A stretch of 64,000 nucleotides of DNA, from positions 50,220 to 114,219 of IMG/VR virus record IMGVR_UViG_3300033153_000868; one strand, given 5' to 3'. The DNA is from a virus. Below, piece by piece: positions 42,461 through 52,789 of the stretch. The first letter of the stretch is position 1, and each line of letters starts with the position of its first letter. A program made the position numbers and the translations under genes. Under the pieces are notes generated by a model. The model saw only the letters and a list, made by a program, of their open reading frames with translations. It ran no database searches and was not told the DNA's origin.

Positions 42461-43399
42461 TTAGCAAGTTGGGCATGAACTAGATGATGTAGTAGGCGCA
42501 GCTACTACTTGTGGATTAGCTGGTGCATAACTTAAAAACATATTATAATAATTATGATATTGTGCTCTTCTATTCATATTCCACACTTTTCTCATTTCTT
42601 GGAAGTTTGGTGTATTAACAAATCCTAATGCATTATTTCTTGCACCTCTTAATCTGCCTTCTACAAGTTGCAACTGCTGAGATACATTTTCACCATTCCA
42701 AACCATATTTTCTAATATTCTTTGTTTTATTGCATACTCATAATATTCATTGCAATAGGGTTGATCTAAAACTAATAAATCTCCCTCTGCATTTTCCATA
42801 GCACCTTGATAACTTAAATACACTTTCCCTGTTGTAAAAGTAGTTACCAAAAACCCATCTTTTATTTCTGCTATATCTAATGCTTGTGCACCTAAACTTG
42901 GACAATAACAAACTTTATCATTTACATCTTTTATTCTTAATTCAGTCCATGTTGTAAAACTTCTGAATTGTCCACCACCAATTCTTTGTACTAGTTGATA
43001 TTCATTCTTATTATCACATGTTTTAACTACACATACATCTTTACATGTATCACTGTCTTTACATGGTTCAGCATCATTAGGTGCTGGGACATAGGGTACA
43101 TCATTAAAGGTTTCAACGTGAGTACCAGATGGCATAGAGTTATTTACAGTATATTCCCCACATCTAAATGCATAATTTAAATATTGAAAATCAAAAGGTA
43201 ATTGACCTCTTCCATGTTCTATATCTATAATAACTTCTTTAGTTCTATGAATGCGTAAACCTAAATCATAATTAACTCTTTGTGCAACTTTAATTAGTTG
43301 AGCAGGTTCTATCATTCCTTCTAACGCATACGTAGAAAAATCAATAGATACGTCTTCCATCAATTGACTAAATGTTCTATATTTTTGTGATACCCCCAT
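42461..43399 (-). CDS. Putative tail ring / tubular protein
   Basis: 312 aa, position immediately upstream of Tstab; G.VYLSYQG...GDLLVLD.PY..EYYEYAIK pattern; Cys-rich insert. Confidence 0.6.
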   Translation of the reverse strand: MGVSQKYRTFSQLMEDVSIDFSTYALEGMIEPAQLIKVAQRVNYDLGLRIHRTKEVIIDIEHGRGQLPFDFQYLNYAFRCGEYTVNNSMPSGTHVETFNDVPYVPAPNDAEPCKDSDTCKDVCVVKTCDNKNEYQLVQRIGGGQFRSFTTWTELRIKDVNDKVCYCPSLGAQALDIAEIKDGFLVTTFTTGKVYLSYQGAMENAEGDLLVLDQPYCNEYYEYAIKQRILENMVWNGENVSQQLQLVEGRLRGARNNALGFVNTPNFQEMRKVWNMNRRAQYHNYYNMFLSYAPANPQVVAAPTTSSSSCPTC

Positions 43400-43410
43400 T
43401 ATTATAATTT

Positions 43411-44085
43411 TTAAGTTCTTGCTAGATTGCGTTTATTATCTGAGTCTTCAGATGGTATTTTTAATGTACCTGACATAGTAGCAATAACTTGACTTTCTAT
43501 TTCTGCAAACAATGCTTCTGGTATATATATTTCTTGTTCATATCTTGGAGTACAATCATCTTCAGTATCACAATTCCATTTTGTAATATCTGAATCAAAT
43601 ACACCTTCTACTTTTATTGCATCCCACTCAATGTTTGGACAATAAATATATCCATCTAACCACCAAAAGTATTTTGTCTTATTATATTTAAATGAAGTTG
43701 ATTTTGTTAATGAAGTATATGTACCCGGTTGAGTTCCTTGTAATTCTTGTGATCCATCTATTGAACTAATAGTACGGATTAGTGGACCCCAATAGCCTTC
43801 AAACATTGACGGCAATCTCACCTTTGTACGTTTTATTGTACATCCACTTTGTATACCAGCACAATGTGCTTCTACTTTATCTACATCTATTAATTCTACA
43901 TATGGTAATGTTTTCCATACTGAATTAAACTTTAATAACTTATTAGCATAGTCTTGTCTTCTCATTAAAAACTGAGCATATTTTTCTATTAAGCTGTATA
44001 TATATCTATCAGTAACAAAGGCATCTTGAACTCCTGCTTTTACTTGACCTCTTATTCTAGATATTGTTTCTGCTATTGTTGACAT
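43411..44085 (-). CDS. Putative tail tubular / ring protein (Ttub-like)
   Basis: 224 aa, follows the IHF-like gene in the crAss-like order; Y.W..DGYIY.PN...IKVEGVF pattern. Confidence 0.6.
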   Translation of the reverse strand: MSTIAETISRIRGQVKAGVQDAFVTDRYIYSLIEKYAQFLMRRQDYANKLLKFNSVWKTLPYVELIDVDKVEAHCAGIQSGCTIKRTKVRLPSMFEGYWGPLIRTISSIDGSQELQGTQPGTYTSLTKSTSFKYNKTKYFWWLDGYIYCPNIEWDAIKVEGVFDSDITKWNCDTEDDCTPRYEQEIYIPEALFAEIESQVIATMSGTLKIPSEDSDNKRNLART

Positions 44086-44090
44086 GTCTT

Positions 44091-44657
44091 TTATTTTTCA
44101 AATTCATTATAATACTTTAATGCTTTGTTGGTTTCTTCTGGGTTTTCATCATAAAGATGAGCCACCTTATATTTATTTTTCATTACTACATATTTGGTCC
44201 AGTTGGTAGGGTAAGTTTTTGCAACAGATCTTTTAAAATCTCTACATGCTACAAATCTCCACAACTCTCTATTTTTAAATCTATATTTAGTTGAGTAATT
44301 TGTATAAAATATTTTACCTAAATTTCCATCTGTTTCCCAATTTTTATTTTGTAATACTTTACCATATTGATTAGATAATGCATAGTTCGTGTTTACTGAT
44401 TTTGAAGAAGGGCATGTACCTATAAATAAATACCCTAATGAATCAGGTAATTCTACACCATCTCTATTCTCTACTACAGCATTCCAAAGTCTAACATTGT
44501 ATATCTTTATTATCTTTTTTAATTTAACGTTATCTATGTCTGAGTATAAAGGTTTTTTATCTTTAAACTCTTTGATTGTTTCTTCATTTAATAACCCCAT
44601 TCTTTTCTCTCTATATCTAGGAGCTTTTAAATCAGGTTTTTTGAAATTGTTGATCAT
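44091..44657 (-). CDS. IHF/HU-like DNA-binding protein (crAss-like IHF gene)
   Basis: 188 aa, basic. KKIIKIYN..LWNAVVENRDGVELPDSLGYLFI resembles the helix plus V.L.G.G.F strand of HU/IHF. Syntenic position. Confidence 0.6.
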   Translation of the reverse strand: MINNFKKPDLKAPRYREKRMGLLNEETIKEFKDKKPLYSDIDNVKLKKIIKIYNVRLWNAVVENRDGVELPDSLGYLFIGTCPSSKSVNTNYALSNQYGKVLQNKNWETDGNLGKIFYTNYSTKYRFKNRELWRFVACRDFKRSVAKTYPTNWTKYVVMKNKYKVAHLYDENPEETNKALKYYNEFEK

Positions 44658-44678
44658 ACAGTTATATTTATAATTTAC

Positions 44679-44714
44679 AAAAAAAACCTCACTTAATGAA
44701 ATTAAAAGTGAGGT
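44679..44714 (-). terminator. Intrinsic terminator after the metallophosphoesterase gene
   Basis: Minus strand ACCTCACTT-loop-AAGTGAGGT followed by a T run. Confidence 0.75.
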
Positions 44715-44716
44715 CT

Positions 44717-45940
44717 TTACAAAGCTTGATAGGTTAATTCACATATATTACCCATTGTTGGGTGTTGTAATTCTAATTTACCAGATCTTCTATTACCCAC
44801 ATATTTGTTACTATAATGATAATAATCTGTCTTACCTAAGCTGGGCAAAGTCTTTTCAATAAAACCCGCTGTTTCATTAGATGTCATATATTCTACTTTC
44901 CTATCTGTATGTATATGACCTTTAAATAATGTTCTGTTAGTTGTAGCTCCCCATTCTTTTGGATACTCTGAGGCATATATCAATGGATTATTTTTACTTC
45001 TTTTATCTCCATGCTCAAAAGCATTAAAGTTGCTGTGCCATACATGAACTTTTCTTTCTTCATATTTAGTATCCCATGTAATTTCATCACTAATAATAGA
45101 TTTAGACAACGCATGCACTAAATGAAAAGAAGAAAGTCTATCATGATTTCCAGGTACATATACAATAACCAATTCTTTACAATAAGATTTAATATAATTT
45201 ATAGCCCAATGCATTGCATCAAATGCTTGCATATAAGCCTCTGTAGCACTCATACAATTATCTAAAGGGGTACCACTAGTAGTAGTCCCAGAAAACGTAT
45301 CCATGTTGATTAAATCACCTCCTACAACAAAGTACATTCTTTCTATATAATTAACTGGAGCTGCTTTTTGTATTAAGTATGTTATTGTATCTTCAAAATC
45401 TTTATCTATAGTATCATTACCTTCTTTTCCAAAATGAATATCTTGTAATGATATCACACCACAGACAGGATCATCTGATACAATATTTTTAAGATTTACT
45501 TTAGGAAGTTTGTAAGTTTTAGGTTCCCAGTTTTCCAATAACTCTTTAAAAAGTTTTTCTTCTGGGTTTTTAATTTGAGATACTAATGCTGACACTCTCC
45601 AGTGATCACCCATTTGTTTGTTCCAATACTGAGATAATTTCCATTTATCAGTATCTATTTTTAATAGCTCAATTATTTCTTCTGCACTTTTAGGTTCATG
45701 ATCAAAAGTTCCTGATATCTTACCTTCTCCCTTTTCTAAATCAATAGCTTCTACTACTTGAGCATTTTCTGCTGCCTTACTAAAAAATATTGATTTCTTT
45801 TTTTTATTCTTTCTTTCAGCTAACAATTCATTTTTAATCTTCCGGTATTTTTCTTCACTGATACCTAATCTTGCACTACTGATAGAAGGATGTTTTTTCC
45901 ACTTTAATGATTCTAATACTCTTTGTTTTAAATTGTCCAT
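44717..45940 (-). CDS. Calcineurin-like metallophosphoesterase (407 aa; start re-called to ATG 45940)
   Basis: All five motifs are present: DIHFG, GGDLIN, PGNHD, EHGD, GHIH. The ORF-track extension to 46039 crosses a terminator, so MDNLKQ is the likelier start. Confidence 0.85.
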   Translation of the reverse strand: MDNLKQRVLESLKWKKHPSISSARLGISEEKYRKIKNELLAERKNKKKKSIFFSKAAENAQVVEAIDLEKGEGKISGTFDHEPKSAEEIIELLKIDTDKWKLSQYWNKQMGDHWRVSALVSQIKNPEEKLFKELLENWEPKTYKLPKVNLKNIVSDDPVCGVISLQDIHFGKEGNDTIDKDFEDTITYLIQKAAPVNYIERMYFVVGGDLINMDTFSGTTTSGTPLDNCMSATEAYMQAFDAMHWAINYIKSYCKELVIVYVPGNHDRLSSFHLVHALSKSIISDEITWDTKYEERKVHVWHSNFNAFEHGDKRSKNNPLIYASEYPKEWGATTNRTLFKGHIHTDRKVEYMTSNETAGFIEKTLPSLGKTDYYHYSNKYVGNRRSGKLELQHPTMGNICELTYQAL

Positions 45941-45970
45941 AAAAATTTTTTTGATTATTGTAAAGATATG

Positions 45971-46001
45971 AAAAAAAAAGAGACTGGAATAAATCCAGCC
46001 T
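45971..46001 (-). terminator. Intrinsic terminator after the 186-aa gene
   Basis: Minus strand AGGCTGGA-TTTAT-TCCAGTCT-C-T9. Confidence 0.75.
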
Positions 46002-46051
46002 CTTCCAACGTTTGTAGTAGAAAACCAACAAACCACCACTTGTTGTTTTTT

Positions 46052-46612
46052 TTATGCTGACAGGGTAGAAATAAGTATTTCAATTGGTTTACATCCTGTG
46101 TTACCAGCATCTACAACTTTAACTTTATATGCTGTACTAGCAGTTAAATTTGTTATAGTAAAATTATTTACTGTAGGAACAATAGGTCCTAATGGATTAG
46201 CTAATGTCCATCCTACAGGTGTTATTTGTTCATCAATATATACATTTAAACCAGTACTGTTACTCCATATACCATCCCATATAACTGAAATAGTACTACT
46301 TGTTACTGTACCTGCATAAACATTGTATGGATCATGTTGTACATCATTTGAAGTACATGTTCCAAGGCCATTAGATAAAATCATAGAAAACTTTTGTATG
46401 ATAGAATCTAATCTTTCACCAGAGGTTATAACTATTCGTTCACCAGCTTCACCTATTTGAAAAGATGTACCACAATAGCTTACACATGAAGCACACTGCA
46501 CATCATCACATCTTTCACTACCTGTACTACAATCAGTATAGGTACATGCGTTAGTTATTGCTGTGTCAGCACAACTACATTTTTGACTACATTTTGTACA
46601 ATTACATGCCAT
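46052..46612 (-). CDS. Cys-rich structural protein with a C-terminal FN3-like domain
   Basis: 186 aa. N-terminus MACNCTKCSQKCSCAD...; FN3 signature TISVIW...FTITNLTASTAYKVKV. Confidence 0.65.
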   Translation of the reverse strand: MACNCTKCSQKCSCADTAITNACTYTDCSTGSERCDDVQCASCVSYCGTSFQIGEAGERIVITSGERLDSIIQKFSMILSNGLGTCTSNDVQHDPYNVYAGTVTSSTISVIWDGIWSNSTGLNVYIDEQITPVGWTLANPLGPIVPTVNNFTITNLTASTAYKVKVVDAGNTGCKPIEILISTLSA

Positions 46613-46638
46613 TGTTTATTTTTTTATTTTTAATTATT

Positions 46639-48885
46639 TTAAGTTAGAGGTGTTGATCCACCACATCCAGCTACTATTTCACTTGATATTGTTGTTGGGT
46701 TAGGGTCAGAGTTATATGAACCATTTGTTCCTGTTGCTAACTCTCTCCATGGATAAATAGTTTGACCTAAATCATCTATCCATACTCTATTTACACCAGC
46801 ACCACAAACAAACACTTTAATTCCTTGTACACTACATGTAGTTATAAGATTTTGAATTCTAGCCCAAGATTGATTGTTCATTACATCTTCATCTCCACCT
46901 GGTAATTGATCTGTTATTGCTATAACATATTTTGCTACACTAGATCTAAATGATCCTGTAAATGCTAAACTACTCACAATATTTTGAATAGCTATATCCA
47001 TAGGTTCTGCAACACCATTTCCTGCACCTAAATTCACACATGTTCCATCAACTCCTTTGTTTAATTTTGCAATTTGAGTTTGGAATGTTGAACCATTATT
47101 ATTTTGGAACATTTCCCAAGCAGTATATACTTGATATGCTCCTGTTGGTCCTTGTTGAATTGATTTTTGTGATGCTGGTAAAGCTATGTAATCTGCACAA
47201 TCTTTATAAGTAGGTTCACCACCTACATTAGATGCTGAATATTCATCTACTGTAGTTAAACTAATTCTATAGTTATTTGAACCAGATGATGTATCAATTG
47301 TATTTACTAAACCTGCAGCACCTGATTTAACTGTATCTATTACACCTCCCATTGATGATGTGTAATCAATAACAAATGCTACATCCATACCATTACTACA
47401 TGGAGCGTCTCCATCTAATGTATTAAATGTTACAGTTGATAATGGACATAAATTTGTTGCACCAGCAAAGTTTACAGTAACTTGAACTTGATATGATGTG
47501 CTAGGTATTAACCCTGTAAATACAGCTGATACTGTAGGGCCAGGATTATTAACAGTTTGAGTTGCTGCTACAACACCCGTAGATGCATTAATTACATTAA
47601 CTATATATGAGGCTGTAGTTCCTAAATTATTTGCAAAAGATACTGTCACACCGTCTTCTGTTATTGGATTAATTTGAAGTGATGGACAAGGAACAACACC
47701 GTTTAGTACACTTGATAATACAGTTTCACATGTATCTGTTCCATTACTTACATTAAATTGAACACTGACATTTAAATCATTTGCAGTATTTAATCCAGCA
47801 GTATCAAATAATACTCCTGAAGTTGATTGTTCTACTTGAACGCTAAATATTTGATTAAGTGATACACCATTAATATCTGTTACAATAATTTTACTAAATC
47901 CAGTCACATCAGCAAATCCTGTTGGTATTGTAGATCCTTGGAAATTAAAATTAATTCCTGTTACTAAACCTTGTGAATCAGTTACAACTTGTGCTACATA
48001 ATCAAATATAACTGAATCACATCCTGATGGACAACAGTTAGTTTGTATGTTACCTATAGCAGTATACAAATCATCTATTACAATCCAAGCATTTTGAACT
48101 GATTCTGCTAGTGTACTTGCAGAATTATTCCATCCTGTTTTAGATCCATAAGATACAGATGATGAGGTTCTAGTTAATGATGAACCTGTTATTACTGATT
48201 GTGAAATTGCAGAATTAATAGCAGATGGAAAACCAACTGCGTTTCTTAATGAACAAAATGCAGTTTCTAATGCTAAAACAACTACTGAAACATTAGTTAA
48301 TGTACCTACATTACTTACACATGATGGTACAATTTGAGCTTCTACTACACCTCCTGAACAAGGTAAAACACATGCTTCTAATACATCTATTCTTGTATTA
48401 AGACTTGATAATGTAGAATTAATAGTATTAATACTTGCTAAATTATCACATACTTGATTTGCTATTAATGTAGCAAATTGATCTAAAGGAAGTTGAGTTA
48501 CTGGGTTACCGCTTTTATCATCATACTGCATACATGCAGGTAATGTCATTATAGGAAGAGAACTAGATTTTTCATTTCCACCACCACCACTATATGCATT
48601 TAAACATATTTGATTAACCATTGCTTGTAATACTGGTACAAGCTCAGTTGGTGTTGCTCCTTTAACATTTAAACATGTAATATCTAATCCTTCTAAATTA
48701 GGATTAGCATCTACACCACTTTCTAAAAGATCACATACTTTAGTTGCAAGCTTAAATACAACTTCACTAATTGAGTCACCGTTACATAGGTCTATACATG
48801 AAATATCTGGCCCTTGCCATATTACACAATTAGAAGATATATTATCACATCCATTTGTGGAGCCGCTTGAATTTGTTGGGATCAT
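46639..48885 (-). CDS. Cys-rich structural protein with coiled coil, FN3 and vWA domains
   Basis: 748 aa. N-terminal CDNISSNCVIWQGPDISC; FN3 motif FTGLIPSTSYQVQV; vWA motifs DVAFVIDYTSSMG (~47350-47388), AITD and ELATGTNG. Confidence 0.75.
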   Translation of the reverse strand: MIPTNSSGSTNGCDNISSNCVIWQGPDISCIDLCNGDSISEVVFKLATKVCDLLESGVDANPNLEGLDITCLNVKGATPTELVPVLQAMVNQICLNAYSGGGGNEKSSSLPIMTLPACMQYDDKSGNPVTQLPLDQFATLIANQVCDNLASINTINSTLSSLNTRIDVLEACVLPCSGGVVEAQIVPSCVSNVGTLTNVSVVVLALETAFCSLRNAVGFPSAINSAISQSVITGSSLTRTSSSVSYGSKTGWNNSASTLAESVQNAWIVIDDLYTAIGNIQTNCCPSGCDSVIFDYVAQVVTDSQGLVTGINFNFQGSTIPTGFADVTGFSKIIVTDINGVSLNQIFSVQVEQSTSGVLFDTAGLNTANDLNVSVQFNVSNGTDTCETVLSSVLNGVVPCPSLQINPITEDGVTVSFANNLGTTASYIVNVINASTGVVAATQTVNNPGPTVSAVFTGLIPSTSYQVQVTVNFAGATNLCPLSTVTFNTLDGDAPCSNGMDVAFVIDYTSSMGGVIDTVKSGAAGLVNTIDTSSGSNNYRISLTTVDEYSASNVGGEPTYKDCADYIALPASQKSIQQGPTGAYQVYTAWEMFQNNNGSTFQTQIAKLNKGVDGTCVNLGAGNGVAEPMDIAIQNIVSSLAFTGSFRSSVAKYVIAITDQLPGGDEDVMNNQSWARIQNLITTCSVQGIKVFVCGAGVNRVWIDDLGQTIYPWRELATGTNGSYNSDPNPTTISSEIVAGCGGSTPLT

Positions 48886-48943
48886 AAATGTTTTATTTTA
48901 CTATAATGTACTGCTCTGTTGTAAACTATACATTTATAATATA

Positions 48944-48992
48944 CAAAATTTTTTAAAACCAAACAAGTTAATGCCAGTTTTAAAAAATTTTG
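48944..48992. repeat. Perfect 16-bp inverted repeat with a 17-nt spacer
   Basis: CAAAATTTTTTAAAAC (48944-48959) and GTTTTAAAAAATTTTG (48977-48992), intergenic. Confidence 0.85.
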
Positions 48993-49014
48993 CAAACAGT
49001 TATGAAAGGAGGTA

Positions 49015-49275
49015 TTAAGCTTTCTTTAATGGCTCTTCTTCTGCTTCTATCTCAGAAATAGTTCCGTCTTCTAAACTTATATTAACTGAACCATATTTTT
49101 CTTCTAATGATTGACTTACTGCTTTCCATTGTACTTGCAGTTCAGCATGTGAAGATACTAGTTGATTTTTAACTAACTCAGCATTTCCAATATTCATTAG
49201 TAATGCATTTATTTGTTGTTGAAGTTCTTTAACTTCAGTCAATTCCTTTTTAGAAATCTTTTTTGATTTTGCCAT
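49015..49275 (-). CDS. Small coiled-coil protein (fibre-associated, possibly a chaperone)
   Basis: 86 aa with a heptad pattern ending LEEKYGSVNISLEDG; located next to fibre genes. Confidence 0.55.
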   Translation of the reverse strand: MAKSKKISKKELTEVKELQQQINALLMNIGNAELVKNQLVSSHAELQVQWKAVSQSLEEKYGSVNISLEDGTISEIEAEEEPLKKA

Positions 49276-49307
49276 TATAATTGGTTTTTAAAAATTTGTA
49301 TACTCTT

Positions 49308-49337
49308 CAAAGATAATAATATTTTTTAAACTACCAA
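49308..49337 (-). promoter_or_regulatory. Bacteroidota housekeeping-sigma promoter (-33 TTG, 19-nt spacer, -7 TATCTTTG)
   Basis: Exact match to the TTG-N19-TAnnTTTG Flavobacterium/Bacteroides consensus, about 30 nt upstream of ATG 49275. Confidence 0.65.
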
Positions 49338-49780
49338 GGCAGATCAACAACTAAATTTGTATCAGGTAATAGATCTTTCTTAATTATATTCTGCATTCCT
49401 GTTATATAATCATCCCGTAAATACTTTACTAAAAATGTTTTTACATCATTTTTAGATAATGATTTATAATCTCGTTCTGCTACAACTCCTTCATCAGTAT
49501 CTTTTACAATGTATGATCCGTGTACAGTAACACTCTTTTTTTCATATGTTGATTTTAATGACTTGGGTATTACTAATGAACCTGTATAAGTAAATACTAT
49601 CTCCTTTATTAAAGAATTGCCATCTGTAACTAAAGACTCAATATCAAAATAAAATCTTTGAGATAAGTGCTCTTTAACTACAGGTGCCTCTACTTTTTTA
49701 ATAGTCTTCTTTTTTACTACTTTTTTCTTAGTGGGTTTTTTAATTACTTTTTTGCTTGATGTTTTTTTCTTTTTTGCCAT
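49331..49780 (-). CDS. Fibre-associated protein with a Lys-rich N-terminal tail
   Basis: 149 aa. N-terminus MAKKKKTSSKKVIKKPTKKKVVKKKTIKK; C-terminal LPW like small proteins found beside phage fibres. Confidence 0.55.
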   Translation of the reverse strand: MAKKKKTSSKKVIKKPTKKKVVKKKTIKKVEAPVVKEHLSQRFYFDIESLVTDGNSLIKEIVFTYTGSLVIPKSLKSTYEKKSVTVHGSYIVKDTDEGVVAERDYKSLSKNDVKTFLVKYLRDDYITGMQNIIKKDLLPDTNLVVDLPW

Positions 49781-49797
49781 AATAGTTAGTTTAAATA

Positions 49798-52788
49798 TTA
49801 AAATCTAGGGCAGTCTACTGCACTAAAACAAAGAGTTGTTCCATCTTCCAGTCTTATCTGCATAATAGGAAATTTTTGTCCTTCCACAAAAAAGTCCATA
49901 CTGGCAATTGCACTAGTTTTAAAGTCAAGTGAAACTGGAAAACTTGCACCATCTTTTCCGGCTGGCCCTTGCGGCCCTTGTGGTCCAGTTGCTCCTGTAG
50001 CACCTTTTGACCCTGCAGGGCCTTGTATTCCCTGTGGTCCTTGACTTCCCGTTGCACCTGTATTACCAGTAGGTCCTCTAGCACCAGTTGGTCCTTGACT
50101 ACCAGTTGGTCCTTTATCACCTTGTGGACCTTGCGGGCCTTGGCTACCTGTGGCTCCAGCTGCTCCGGTTGCACCTTTAGGTCCAGTAGGACCAGTTGCA
50201 CCCCGTGCTCCATCATTACCATCAGTACCATTAGTTCCTGCCGGTCCTTGAGCACCTGTATTTCCTTTAGCTCCAGCTGGTCCCTGGGCACCAGTAGCAC
50301 CTTGTATACCCTGAATACCTTGAGACCCGGTGTCCCCTTTAGGTCCTTGTAGCCCAGTTGGTGAACCAACCCATTCACCTTTAACATTAATTACATCATT
50401 ACCATTTATTCTAACGTATCCTACATCTGCAACTCCTTTAAGTTTTAAGTTACCTGAAGTAGTTAAAGACATAGCTCCATCAGTATTTGACTGACCTTCA
50501 TATTTCCAAACCCATCCACGGTCTGCGTCATTATTCATTTGAAATACTGTAGCGTAGTCATTCAAATAACCATAGCTTTGACCAGATTGCATTCCTATAC
50601 CATAAGTAGATGAGGTACCCCAAAATCTATATTTACTTGGGTTATCACCTGAATTAGTATAATGATATGTCCCACCATTTGGTCCGGCTGGACCTTGTGA
50701 ACCAGTATCACCTTTTGGACCTTGTGCACCAGTATCCCCCTTTGCTCCGGCTGCACCAGCTGCACCCGCTGGACCTCTTGCTCCAGTATCTCCCTTAGCT
50801 CCTGCGGCTCCCGGATTACCTTGAATACCTTGTAAACCTTGAGGACCTCTGTCTCCAGTGTCACCCTTGGCACCCGCAGCTCCAGCGGCTCCTGCAGGTC
50901 CTCTTGCTCCTGTAGCTCCTGTATCACCTGTATCACCTTTTGCACCAGCTGATCCAGTTAATCCACGTATACCTTGTATACCTTGTGATCCTGTATCTCC
51001 CTTAACACCTTGAATACCTTGAATACCTTGATCACCTTTAGGGCCTTGTGGTCCCGTATTAGTTGGCATTGTTACAGAGTTACCATCACTAATTGTAAGT
51101 GTTTGACCTACTACAGAAAGGGTTTGTTGATCTGCACAAATAGTAACAGTTCTTGATTCTTCATCAACTTCTACATTTGTTCCTTTACAACCTACTAAAG
51201 TTAAAGTATCATTATTGCTACCCGCTTTAATAAGACCTTTACCATTAGTTACGTTTTTAAATATATCTTGAGAAGAACCTCTATCTGTATTTGTAATAGT
51301 TATAGTACCTCCACTAGATGTAGAAGTCATTTCTGATTGTATACCACTACCTTGTGCTATTGTTACTGTTTCACCATTTGTAACAGTTGTACTTTCTGTT
51401 CCGTTTCCTTCTTTAATAGTCCAAGAAGACATATTCCCAACTTGTGAGTTATCTACTTTTGTCCATGTTGTATTAGCAAATACAGCCCAATCACCTATTT
51501 GCCAATCTGTAATACCATTTAAATTTGTACTACCTGCAACAGACACTATATAATAATCTCCTGATGTACCTACATTACTTGCAAGACTTGGTGAATTTGT
51601 ACTAGCGTTCCATGTACCTTCAAATTGTAATACTCCAGTTAAAGCATCATTAATAGCTTTTTGTATTTGAGCACCTGTTGCAAGATTGGAAGACGAAGAA
51701 GTTACAGCAGCAGTTTTTGGTGTTAGTGTTACTGATGTTGTACCAGTCTTAGTTAATGTATTTGTATTTCCAGATGCAACACTTGTTACACCTGAGCTTG
51801 AACTAGTACCTGCACCAATTAATGTTCTAACTTCTGCAGCACTAATTCCTGAATTAAGTGTAGGTGTAGTTCCATTTGAAAGTATTGCTGGTACACCACT
51901 ATCTGTTACTTTTTTAGTATTATTTACAATAGCAGTTGCTTGTGTAGAAGTAATAGTTGTTGTATTACCTGCCATTGCAGTTGTTGCTGTTGTACCAATA
52001 ACTAAGTTGGAAGAACCAGTTCCTGCTCCTATAAGAGATCTTACCTCTGCTGCACTTATCCCTGTATTTAGAGTTGGACTTGTGCCATCAGATAATATTG
52101 CAGGTCTACCAGTATCTGGTAATGTATTAGTAATAGTTATAGTTCCACCACTACTTGTTGATGTCATCTCAGATGTAATACCTACACCCTGAGCAATAGT
52201 AAAAATCTCTCCATTAGATACTTTAGCTGTTTCGGTACCATTACCTTCTTTTATTGTCCAAGAGGTCATAGTTCCTGAACCAGTTCCAGCTCCAATTAAT
52301 GTCCTTACTTCTGCTCCAGTTACTCCGGAGGCTAAAGTTGGTGTACCACCACCACTAAATATACCTGGCTCAGCATAAATAGTAGAACTATTAAATGCAT
52401 TACTTCCATATGTATATGTTTGATTTGTAGCACCACTAACGCTAAATGTAAGTGTGTTACCTGATTTAGTTATGCCATCAAGATAAAAGTTTGAAGCAGA
52501 GGTTAAATATCTACCATCTAAATCTACTGTAAGATCTCCCAGACCTGAACGTGTTAATGTTAGAACTCCATTTGTTGTATTAAAACTTATACCTGATACA
52601 TAGTTATTTGTACCTGTCTGATCATCAATCCATTTTACAGCTGTACCTGTAGTACTAAGAACTTGACCATTAGTACCAGCAGATCCACTACTATCTAATA
52701 TTCTACCACCTGCCCCTAAAGAAACAGTAGTATCTACAGTGTTACCTTCTAAAGATAATAATCTTTGTGAGCCAGTTATTGTTGCCAT
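49798..52788 (-). CDS. Collagen-like tail/head fibre protein
   Basis: 996 aa, Thr/Gly/Ser-rich with internal repeats and two long Gly-X-Y tracts. Confidence 0.85.
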   Translation of the reverse strand: MATITGSQRLLSLEGNTVDTTVSLGAGGRILDSSGSAGTNGQVLSTTGTAVKWIDDQTGTNNYVSGISFNTTNGVLTLTRSGLGDLTVDLDGRYLTSASNFYLDGITKSGNTLTFSVSGATNQTYTYGSNAFNSSTIYAEPGIFSGGGTPTLASGVTGAEVRTLIGAGTGSGTMTSWTIKEGNGTETAKVSNGEIFTIAQGVGITSEMTSTSSGGTITITNTLPDTGRPAILSDGTSPTLNTGISAAEVRSLIGAGTGSSNLVIGTTATTAMAGNTTTITSTQATAIVNNTKKVTDSGVPAILSNGTTPTLNSGISAAEVRTLIGAGTSSSSGVTSVASGNTNTLTKTGTTSVTLTPKTAAVTSSSSNLATGAQIQKAINDALTGVLQFEGTWNASTNSPSLASNVGTSGDYYIVSVAGSTNLNGITDWQIGDWAVFANTTWTKVDNSQVGNMSSWTIKEGNGTESTTVTNGETVTIAQGSGIQSEMTSTSSGGTITITNTDRGSSQDIFKNVTNGKGLIKAGSNNDTLTLVGCKGTNVEVDEESRTVTICADQQTLSVVGQTLTISDGNSVTMPTNTGPQGPKGDQGIQGIQGVKGDTGSQGIQGIRGLTGSAGAKGDTGDTGATGARGPAGAAGAAGAKGDTGDRGPQGLQGIQGNPGAAGAKGDTGARGPAGAAGAAGAKGDTGAQGPKGDTGSQGPAGPNGGTYHYTNSGDNPSKYRFWGTSSTYGIGMQSGQSYGYLNDYATVFQMNNDADRGWVWKYEGQSNTDGAMSLTTSGNLKLKGVADVGYVRINGNDVINVKGEWVGSPTGLQGPKGDTGSQGIQGIQGATGAQGPAGAKGNTGAQGPAGTNGTDGNDGARGATGPTGPKGATGAAGATGSQGPQGPQGDKGPTGSQGPTGARGPTGNTGATGSQGPQGIQGPAGSKGATGATGPQGPQGPAGKDGASFPVSLDFKTSAIASMDFFVEGQKFPIMQIRLEDGTTLCFSAVDCPRF
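49945..51055 (-). repeat. Two collagen Gly-X-Y tracts (~49945-50355 and ~50674-51055, roughly 40-45 triplets each)
   Basis: Repeating [15 protein letters not shown] triplets separated by a ~105-aa non-collagen insert. Locally GC-richer. Confidence 0.9.
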
Positions 52789-52789
52789 A

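Noticed and set aside
45941-46039. 33-aa N-terminal extension of the phosphoesterase called by the ORF track
   Set aside because: It spans an intrinsic terminator and a T run; ATG 45940 has a typical A/T-rich leader.
49854-50945. Same-strand overlapping ORFs of 177 aa and 116 aa
   Set aside because: These are alternative frames of the collagen Gly-X-Y tracts, kept open by codon periodicity (VLKV/DLKV pattern).
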